From contig LVLI01000035.1 of the NCBI GenBank assembly GCA_001687465.1, positions 171,891 through 191,890 on the forward strand: a DNA stretch of 20,000 nucleotides, in the 5' to 3' direction. Below the pieces are notes generated by a model. That model worked only from the letters and a program-made list of their open reading frames with translations, was not told the DNA's origin and did no database searches. Position 1 is the stretch's first letter. Every line of letters begins with the position of its first letter. Both the position numbers and the translations under genes were made by a program. Positions 1 through 9,180 of this stretch are shown here, one piece after another. This stretch comes from Halocafeteria seosinensis (Eukaryota).

Positions 1-665
1 TGCAAGCAGCGCGTGCGTGCCTGAACTTCAACTTGGACCTGGTGCTGTGACACATAGTGGATGGGATCGTTTAAATACATACATGCTATTTCTTCTGAGG
101 TTATGGAGATGAACCGTCCTCCTGTCTCACTTGCTCTCTACCACTTTCGGGGCAATGGCCCGTGTCTTCCTTCATTGCGAGCAATCGAGTGTCAGTGCAG
201 CAGCATGGCACGGAGTGTTGCATACTGTAGACATTTTACTCCCTCTATCTAAAATTACCGATTCATATGTATATTTTCAATTGGATGGTGTAGCCGCTGT
301 GGAAAAGTAGAGACTTGGTTGTTTCTTTGTTATCCGAGTGGAGTGGAATTCAGGGGAAGTTGTTTGGTGCATCATGAATGTTGATCCCATGCGATGTCTG
401 TAGAGTCTATACCACTTTTTATACGACCAAAAATATAAATAAGAAAACATGCGTATCAATTCGAAGCATAGTTCAGGCGGCTCTGAGCTAGCTACCACAA
501 GTGCTAGCTAGGATTGAAATGGAACGTCCTGTCTGTGTGAACACCGTGAAGAAGTCACCTGTATTGTTGGGTCAAATTGATCTGTGTTGCAACACGACAC
601 AACACGGAGACCAGTTGTGTTTTTCGTTTCAGTAACGGGAGCAAGTAGACATACACGCCCGTACA

Positions 666-2003
666 ATGTTATCCGTGTCGTGGGGCAGAAGCGCCACGGC
701 GACTTCCCGTGGCCTGTTTAATGGACTCTCTAGGGGCACTTTTATGCCCCCCTCTCCTCGGTCAATACACTATTCTTCTCTACGGCCTAGTACGAGGCGA
801 AAGGGATCGAGACTGCAGCAACAAGGGCCACAATACGGGCTGTATGGACCTCATACGAGCATGAGACTCATGGCTCCGGCGACATCTCTCGTGCACGAGA
901 TACCCTTGATACCAGGGACTGCACGGTCGTTTGTCTCGTATACATTGCCCATGCTGGATAAACAGCAGGAACGCAAGACCGAAGACACAGGAGCAGAGGA
1001 GAAACAGGGCTCTGAAGATGGTGGCAGTGGAGGAGAGGAGAAGAAGAAGGAGCAACAGGAAGAGTATTATGAAGAGCAAGAGAATATACCATTTATCGGT
1101 AAAGTCGGAATGGGTATCAAAGTCCTTTTCAGAATATCCTTGTTTGGGGCTATCTTTGCGCTTGTATGCTACTGTGGATACTATGTCCTGAAAATGATTA
1201 TCCCTTCGTAAGTGATCTACCTTTCGGACGTCCTTTATTACGCCCGGAACATGTATTGCTTGTCTAATGCACACAGATCCTCATCACCTCTATCGGTAAG
1301 AAACGATGCTGCCAAGCTGTTAGAAGCGAATCCGGAGGTTAGTTCACAGTTTGGAGAGATTGCACGAGTACGAGGTGTTGATCTAGGTGGACGAGGAGAA
1401 GGACGGAGAAATTATGTCCCCTCGTATACTTACGAGATTGATGGACGCAAATTTACTCGGATCAAATTCGAGGTTGAAAACGAAAGAAAACAGCATGCTG
1501 TCGTCTTTGCGGAGGTTGCTCATGATCGTTCTCGTACGTTTTGCCCCCTATCCTATACTAAGTGACGGGTGAAAGTCCTGTTCTACTGTTTTTTTAAACA
1601 TGCAGGATCGAGTGACTTCAACTATCTGATGCTACAAACATCAACCGGCAAGGTTATCACAGTTGAAGATAACAGGAAACCCGAAAAGCCCAAGGACTTG
1701 AGAAAGTATGATGTTTCTATCAAGCTACAAGATGACTTTGCTCGATTTTATCACGGAGGGCCGGACCACACACCAAGCCGACAACAGGAACAAATCCTGT
1801 CTCCTCATTTTGACTATGTCAAACAAATCCGCTGCGATCGGGATGAAGCTCGTTGTCAAGCAGATGGGGTTGAGCCGGGCACGCTGGTGTACAGGAACAA
1901 ACAGCTCAAGGCTCCAAAGAGCCTTGAAGAGTTGGAAAAAGAAACAGGTTTGTCTAGATACACACGACCGGGTGGTGTATCCTATCAGGATAGCGTAGAG
2001 TAG
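666..2003 (+). CDS. TIM21: Mitochondrial import inner membrane translocase subunit Tim21 with a C-terminal thioredoxin-fold-like extension (about 398 aa). Exons 666-1207, 1277-1533, 1606-2003.
   Basis: Arg/Ser-rich presequence, one TM helix (ISLFGAIFALVCYCGYYVL), then a Tim21-type segment SSSPLS..ANPEV..FGE..G..GRR..Y..DG..IKFEVE..VFAEV..DFNYL..ITVEDNR. Introns 1208-1276 (GTAAGT..CTAAT..CAG) and 1534-1605 (GTACGT..GCAG) join three ORFs in frame. Confidence 0.88.
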
Positions 2004-2058
2004 TTTTTTTTTTCAGGAATACACAAGCACGGGAAGACTTCCACTTTGGAGTGTGTAT

Positions 2059-4499
2059 TTACGTTTCTGAGCCATCATTACTGGTAAGAGATGGTTTCCG
2101 CATAGGTGTGGTACTATGCTTGATCCCGTAGCCAAAGTAAATAGCAAAGCCCGCAACGGTCCACGCTCCAAACCTTATCCACGTGTTGTAGTCCAACGAG
2201 GCTAACAAATAGATGTTTATAGCCATGCTTACCATAGGCAGTACAGGAACGAACGGGCACTTGAAAGTCAAGTGATCCTGTGCTTCCCGAGGCACTGTGG
2301 CCGCGAGAATAAGTAACAGGAAAGAGAGAGCTGAGAAAACTATGATGAAAGCAAACGAGATAGGCCCGCTCCCGTATACTCCCAAGAACGAGGCAATAAA
2401 GCAGCATCCTGTATAAAGCAAGACTATCCCCACTACTGCTTTGAAGACGTCAGCTTGGTGGTGTTTCTGTTGTAGTGTTAAGAGAAAACTTGACACCCAC
2501 CCACATGACTTGTTCAGGCGCTGAGGCTTCGAAACATTCAAAAGAGAACCAGATGCGTCGGCACGTTGCTCTTGATTGCTTCTGTCTACAGTGGCTTCGC
2601 CCCTCTCAGGCAATAGAAACTCCTCGTCATTCCCCCCTTGAGTTTTGTTGTCACCCATGTTAGTGTAATACCCCCCAATAGCTTCCTTGCTTTCAACGGA
2701 ACCTTCATTAGGCGGTGCTACATTGCTTTTGGCAGGCGAGCTGGACCTACGATCTGGAAGTGATGATGAACGGGCACGTGCTATTCTGGTATTGGTTGTA
2801 CCATATGACTGGCACCCTTCTTCTGACAATCGGCCTCTCTCATTTCGTTGAAGTGCATTCAGCTTCGGAGTTTCCACCAATACTCCAGCAGCATCAGCAT
2901 TGATATTGTTAGTATCATAGGCCACATCAAAGTCCTCCTCCATTAGGCGATCGGAATCTCTGGCAAGCCTAGCGGCTAGAACTTCTTCACGACTCGGAGG
3001 CTCGTATCGCAGTATCACAACACACGCCCCTACCAAAGAGTAAGACATCAGAGTCCCGATTGACATCATATCCGCTAACTCTTTTATGTTGAAAATGAAG
3101 GCCATCAGACCAGCAAGAAGTCCAGAGAGGATTGTTGCGTTCAACGGTGTATGGAAGCGTTTGTGGACGCGGCCAAGCCACGGCCAGAGTAGACCATCAT
3201 TAGCAATGGCGTAAATAATTCTAGGCAATGGGAAAATAGACGCCATTAAACTGGTGCTGAGCCCACATAAGGCACCAATAGCGATTATAATTTTCGCCCA
3301 ATTGGCTCCATTTTGTTTGAATGCATTGGACAAAGGAGCTGCACCAAAACAGAACCATGATAACTCGAAATACAGCACCATGCAAAACGCCACGCACCAT
3401 CTTGATGAATATCTACGTAAGGAACCATCATTGTTATAACAGCGGATACAGCCATATAACTAAGGGCGCATGCTGTTAGTGATGCAACAATCCCAAAAGG
3501 GACATTTCTCTCTGGCTTGATGGTTTCTTCCGCTGAAGTTGCAATAACATCAAATCCAATATAAGCAAAGAAGCATGTTGCTGCCCCTTTGAATATCCCT
3601 TGAACACCGAATTTGGCAGGAACTGAAGGGATACATACAACAAAATGCGTTAGGACAGTAGGCTTCTGAGAGAACTAGAAGAATAGAAATCTTACCGAAG
3701 GGTTGCCAGTTACTGAAGTCAACATAAAAGAGACCGGCAATGACAACAAAGCTAACCACAATCAGGTTGACGGCTGTCAGTACGTTGTTTGTTCTAGTAC
3801 TTTCTTTCACACCGAGTCCAACCAGTAGTGTCAAAACCATGGTGACGAAAAATGCAAAAATATCAGTGTGCTGGCCCATTACTTCGGGCATATGCTGCAA
3901 TATCCTTCCAAGCACAACGTTAGCATACGCCCCGCTTTCAGAAATACGAGAATTTTGCAATTGACCTTACACTATTAATTTTGTCTCGGATAAAGTAGCC
4001 CGTGAGTGCATCAAAGTAGGATGACCATCCTCTCGCCACGCTGCTTGCTCCTATAATATATTCCAGGATGAGGTTCCACCCCGTTATCCACGCAACAAGC
4101 TCGCCGACAGCCACAAACGAGTATACATAGGCTGATCCAGCTCGAGGGACTCTAGAGCCGAATTCTGCGTAACTCAACCCTGCTAATATGGAAGCGAAGC
4201 CGGCAATAGCAAAGGAAAGAACGATTGCGGGGCCCGTCTGCACCGTACATACAGGGACCGTACATGAGCTTGCTAAGAGGTAGGACAGCTTGAATAACCT
4301 TGCTTACATCGTTGTGTGCTACTGTTCCAGTGATAACATAAATCCCAGCGCCTAAAGTCGACCCAATTCCCAACGCGGTTAAATCCCATCCTCCCATGTG
4401 CCGGGCGAGTTTACCATTTCCATCCTCTTTGCTCTCACTCTCTCCGACATGCAGGATTTTACGCCGAAAGATTCGGCTCATAAACTGGTTGACCCTCAT
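2059..4499 (-). CDS. Cationic amino acid transporter, APC superfamily, SLC7/CAT type (about 720 aa). Exons 4499-4308, 4237-3971, 3894-3696, 3622-3398, 3338-2059.
   Basis: Motifs [89 protein letters not shown] and C-terminal [16 protein letters not shown]...[11 protein letters not shown]. Four GT-AG introns (70, 76, 73, 59 nt) restore a single frame. Confidence 0.93.
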
Positions 4500-4554
4500 A
4501 ATATCTCCACCCTGTTCTTCGTCTGTCTCTTATACTACAGCACGAGGCCGATAG

Positions 4555-4623
4555 CTGGCAGACACAGCAGCCGTCTCAAGCCGTAGCGTGCAACAGGACA
4601 TGGAGATCACTGCTGGATGATAC
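4555..4623 (-). other. Candidate 5'-UTR intron of the transporter gene (69 nt)
   Basis: On the minus strand CAG|GTATCA...GTGTCTGCCAG|, ending 55 nt upstream of the ATG at 4499. The length matches the local intron mode. Confidence 0.4.
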
Positions 4624-5079
4624 CTGAGCTCCCTCAAGTGGTAGTCCGTTCCGACAAAGGTTAACAGGAAGGACAAACACGAAGCTGAACAAAACCAAAT
4701 ATCTCTTATATCTGTGCTAACTACTACACGCCTCCTCCCTCCGGCCGAATTGCTGACCCCGAGCTACGGACTTCCCCTGACTCAGACCTGAATCCCAGGA
4801 TGAGGTTATCACCCAGCGTCTTCTCCATGCACCAAGTTTGGAACATAAGCTATGGGGAAGAGATGAAAACGAATTAAAACAGATATTTACTTAATATATA
4901 GCCGATACTCAAGCGCGGTGGATAAAGTACTCTGTTGCATTGTAGAGCAACTTAGAATTCCTCTTAATTTCTGTCCTGCGTCGGAGACAGGAACCACAGC
5001 GGGAGAATTTATCCCGCAAAACATGCAATCATCATTGATATGTGTTGGATGCGTTGAAATTGTTCTATTTTATGATAAA

Positions 5080-5306
5080 CTATCGGGGATTCCCGACTCG
5101 GGATTTTGTCGCTAAAGTTCCACCAGTAGTTCCCTGTGACATTCAGCCCCATAACGCCAATCGAAAAGGCCGACCTCGTCGTCATCCAACACTAAGGAGA
5201 GTCTGGGGCGCCATGCATCTTCGAGGGTTGGCTATGTAAACAAGACCAATCCCGTAGTAATCTCTTAATCGGAATTACCTGTGCGTTAGGCAAGGTAACA
5301 CTTTAA
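5080..5306 (+). pseudogene. Possible degenerate trypsin-like serine protease fragment
   Basis: One frame reads ...IQH*GESGAPCIFEGWLCKQDQSRSNLLIGITCALG (GESGAP at 5196-5213), resembling GDSGGP...LVGI. The frame has stops upstream and no His/Asp motif is recognisable. Confidence 0.22.
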
Positions 5307-6024
5307 CCTCTAATATCGTAATCAACTACAAAACTGCGCACAGCTTCTTGAATACCGGTACCGCTAATCACCGAATACTACTACGGTATGTGGACATCCG
5401 TCAAAGTGGAAATCAGCTTCCTGCATAGTACAACTCATTAGCTTTTGCAAACGTGAGTTTTTGGAGAATCAACATTTGGCTTGAGCGAATGTAGGTGATT
5501 TCAACACCGCTGGTGGATGGTCCATGATGGTGGGGCATTCAACTTGGAGCGGTTCTTTTTGGCGTCGGTGGTGGTTCTGTTCGAATTCCCTCGTTCACAT
5601 GTCCCTTAGATCTGAATTTTGATTAAGATCTGCTCCTGCCAGCAACGCACATAAACGGTAGCTAAAGTTATAAGTACGAACCTCTTACAAAGTAGCTGGT
5701 ACACAACGTGGCAGTGGTTACATAACTCTCGTCTGGTTGAGCCAATCGAATAAAACAACAGTGCGAAGTTAATCAGCTGCCTAGTCTCAATATAGGAGCA
5801 GCAAGTGTCACGGTGTGGGCGGTACACAGCATACGGAACAAACGACTTGTACCCACCGGAAGATTCCTGTCAGTATCAAGTTGGCAGGTTGAAGTAGGTG
5901 GCCAAGGGAGACAAAGACACCTTCCTCCGAAGGCCCCCCAGCACCATTTTCATTGTTGATGTGAGATACCAGCGTCCTCAAGGTCGTGTTTTGCACGAGA
6001 TTAAGCTGATCAACGTGTAGTTTA

Positions 6025-6039
6025 GTTGTTGTTGTTGTT
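6025..6039. repeat. (GTT)5 short tandem repeat upstream of the AFG3 gene
   Basis: gttgttgttgttgtt read directly. Confidence 0.8.
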
Positions 6040-6141
6040 TCCGTTGTCTTTGGTAAAGGACCCCGGGTGGCTGGGGATTCCAAGCAGCGTAGGTATTTCT
6101 CCCCTCGTACGTACGTGTTAGTTGCTGCATCGGGGGCTACT

Positions 6142-8823
6142 ATGCATCGCTGTGCGCTTAGCACTCTTGTCAGTGCTACACGGACAGGCAGCGGGGTTCG
6201 TCGTCTCTTACGAACTCATAACAATCACCATCATCAGCTGCTCCTGTTTTCCACTCGGACGCCTCTGGAGGCTGACGTCAATGCCCTTACACGAGGCTTT
6301 ACGGCGTCACAAGGGAGGATTGAACTACCCAGACCAGTGCGTGAACGTCATATTTCGCATGTGGAGGCCGTCTGGGAACGAGTTCAGACTTTAAAAGACC
6401 GAGTAGCACAGGACATGGAGTCCTCGTGGCTGGCATTCACCCCCACGGAAAGGACATTCTTGTCTAATCTATTGAGTAAACTAGGGTTTCCGCCAGGTAT
6501 GCAATCAGCAGTGAAGGTTTAGGGGCTTTTGTTGCGATGGACTAACGATGCTTATTTCGTGCACAGGGTTTGGGCGATCGGGAATTCCGAAACCAGGAGG
6601 AAGCGGCAAACATGGGGGAGGTGGCTCTGGCTCGTCGAATCAGAGTGGCAGTGGAGGAGGAGGAAAGAAAGAGCCCACCCCGGACAACTGGACTTCATTA
6701 GCGTTACTCGCATTGACTTTTCTCGGACTATCAACGTTTTTGACGTCTAATAATCCCCGAGGACAAGAAGTTAGTTGGCAGGAGTTTCGCAACCAGTATT
6801 TATCCAAAGGAGTGGTCGAGCGGTTAGAAGTGGTAAACAAGGAGTTTGTTAAAGTTTACCTACGAAGTAGTAAGTTGGAGTGAGTGATCGTGTTTCCGGG
6901 TCCCCCGGCGTTATCATTGTAGTTGCTTTTGCAGCGCCTCATCCGTCATTTCAGTCCGACTCGACCAAGGATTCAGGAGATGATTACACGTCGTCGTCGT
7001 CCTCCTCACATGAAAGCTCATCTTCTTCAGGGAAGAATCAGCCAAAGTCCGTGTGGTTCCGCATAGGTAGTGTGGATACGTTTGAGCGACAGTTGGAGGA
7101 TGCGCAACTGGATATGGGAATACCCCCGAGCCACTTTGTGCCAGTTAAGCACGTAAGCGAAGCGGATATGACCGATATATTGATGAGACTTCTACCCACA
7201 TTACTGTTAATCGGGGCATACTTTTTCTTCATGAATCGAATGGGGGGCGGCAGTGTAGGTGGTGGTGGAGGAGGAGGAGGTGGGGGTATTAATCGAATGT
7301 TTAGTATCGGAAAGGCAAAGCCGGCAGTAAATAAGGACCATAAAGTAACGACGAAATTTAGCGACGTNGCAGGTGTCGATGAAGCAAAGATGGAAGTAGT
7401 GGAGTTTGTTGAGTTTCTCCGCGACCCTTCGCGGTTCACTAAGCTAGGTGCGAAAATCCCCAAAGGAGCACTTCTGGTCGGTCCTCCAGGTACAGGCAAA
7501 ACGTTACTGGCGAAAGCAGTAGCGGGGGAAGCTTCTGTTCCATTCTTTAGTATGAGTGGCTCAGATTTTATTGAAATGTTTGTAGGAGTGGGTCCTAGTC
7601 GAGTGCGAGATTTGTTTAAGCAAGCCCGGGAGTCCGCTCCATGCATCATCTTCCTCGATGAAATCGATGCCGTTGCCAGAGCAAGAGGCAAAGGAGGGTT
7701 CTCTGGAGGTAACGATGAACGAGAAAATACATTGAATCAGCTGCTTGTTGAGATGGATGGATTCCTTAGTACAGAAGGCATCGTTGTTCTGGCCGGAACC
7801 AACCGAATCGACATTTTAGATAAGGCCATTCTCCGGCCCGGGAGATTTGACAGGCAAATTACAATTGATAAACCAGACATTAAAGGACGAGAACAAATAT
7901 TCAGAGTGTACTTGAAGAACTTGACCTTGTCGGCTCCTATCGAAGACTATTCATACCGGATGGCTTCGTTAACCCCGGGCTTTACTGGCGCTGACATCGC
8001 AAATGTGTGTAATGAAGCTGCAATCGTTGCTGCGCGTGCTGCTAAGGAAGCCGTGGACCTTGACGACTTCGAACAGGCGATTGATCGTGTAATCGGAGGA
8101 TTGGAAAAGCGGAACTCCCTTATGTCTCAAGAAGAGAAGCGAACGATAGCTTACCATGAGTCCGGTCACGCAGTTGCTGGGTGGTTCTTAAAGCACGCTG
8201 ACCCATTGCTTAAGGTGACTATCGTTCCTCGTGGCAGCGGTGCATTAGGGTTCGCTCAGTATCTGCCGAAGGAAGTTTCTTTGTACTCGAAAGAGGCTCT
8301 AATAGATCGGATGTGCATGGCTCTTGCCGGACGAGCTAGTGAGGAAGTAAACTTTAATCAAATAACTACTGGTGCTAGCGACGACCTAGACAAGGTGACG
8401 CAAATGGCGTATGGCATGATAAGTATCTACGGGATGAACGATGCCTTAGGGAAGCTATCGTTCCCACCTAAAGACGAAATGCAGATGACGAAGCCATACT
8501 CCGACAAGACTGCTACGCTGATTGATGAAGAAGCCCGACAACTAGTCGATTTCTGTTACCAGAGGGTAAAAGATCTGATCGTTGAGAAGAAGGAAGAAGT
8601 TGGGAAAGTGGCGGAATTGCTTCTGGAAAGAGAGACCGTTAACCAAAACGATCTCGTTCAGTTGATTGGGCCGCGACCATACAAAATGGAGGTAAGTCTA
8701 CGCACCCGTTTGCGCACAGTGTTACGCTTATTCGAAAGTGTTGAACCCGATTTATCGCAGAATACGTTCCGCGAGTACGTTGATCCGTCGTACCAAAAGA
8801 ACGATACCGAAGAGGATAAATGA
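6142..8823 (+). CDS. AFG3: Mitochondrial m-AAA protease subunit, AFG3/YTA10/AFG3L2-like ATP-dependent zinc metalloprotease of the FtsH family (about 825 aa). Exons 6142-6496, 6567-6869, 6935-8691, 8761-8823.
   Basis: Presequence and two TM helices flanking an FtsH_ext domain ([42 protein letters not shown]). Walker A GPPGTGKT, pore loop FVGVG, Walker [32 protein letters not shown]41 zinc motif [23 protein letters not shown]. Introns 6497-6566, 6870-6934, 8692-8760. Confidence 0.96.
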
Positions 8824-9180
8824 ACATTATTAAGGTTTTGTGAGATGGGGGCTACTTGTCCAAACTATTATGATTGAGCATAGGACACATTGGCGGAATC
8901 CTAGCGCAGCTTCGAATCTTGTGCATTGCTCTTCACAGCAGCCTTTAATTGGAGAGCTGCGGCGGAGGAAAGGATTACCCATGTAACTATTGACAGTGTA
9001 AATTTATTGAATAGATACTATAGATACCACTTTTCGATTAGGTATTTGAAATATGTAAAACAGTATCAGTTTCGTTGATAAGAAGACTCCGACTTAGTAT
9101 ATGTCAGGCTCATGTTTTCATGCGGTTTCTATCTGTTTCCGCTGCAATGCCTGGGTCGTCTCTACAAGCGTCCAAGTTTG

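Noticed and set aside
486..595. Short inverted repeats AGCTAGC..GCTAGCT (486-509) and palindrome GTGTTGCAACAC (584-595)
   Set aside because: Too short to separate from chance; no target-site duplication or second copy seen.
1..600. Possible gene end or relic at the window start (frame from position 2 has few stops; ORFs 61-252 and 277-498)
   Set aside because: No recognisable motif or consistent splice model; cannot be called without upstream sequence.
4523..4535. CTGTCTCTTATAC matches 13 of the 19 nt of the Tn5 mosaic end / Nextera adapter
   Set aside because: The match stops before ACATCT and the flanks read as a continuous gene leader; most likely coincidence.
5560..5600. GTTCGAAT resembling a tRNA T-loop
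   Set aside because: No complementary T-stem, acceptor stem or cloverleaf around it.
7368..7368. Ambiguous base N inside AFG3
   Set aside because: Third position of GTN (Val in FSDVAG), so it is silent; probably a heterozygous or low-quality call.
7038..7691. 217-aa minus-strand ORF with poly-Pro
   Set aside because: Antisense shadow of the AFG3 exon; the poly-Pro is the complement of its Gly-rich linker.
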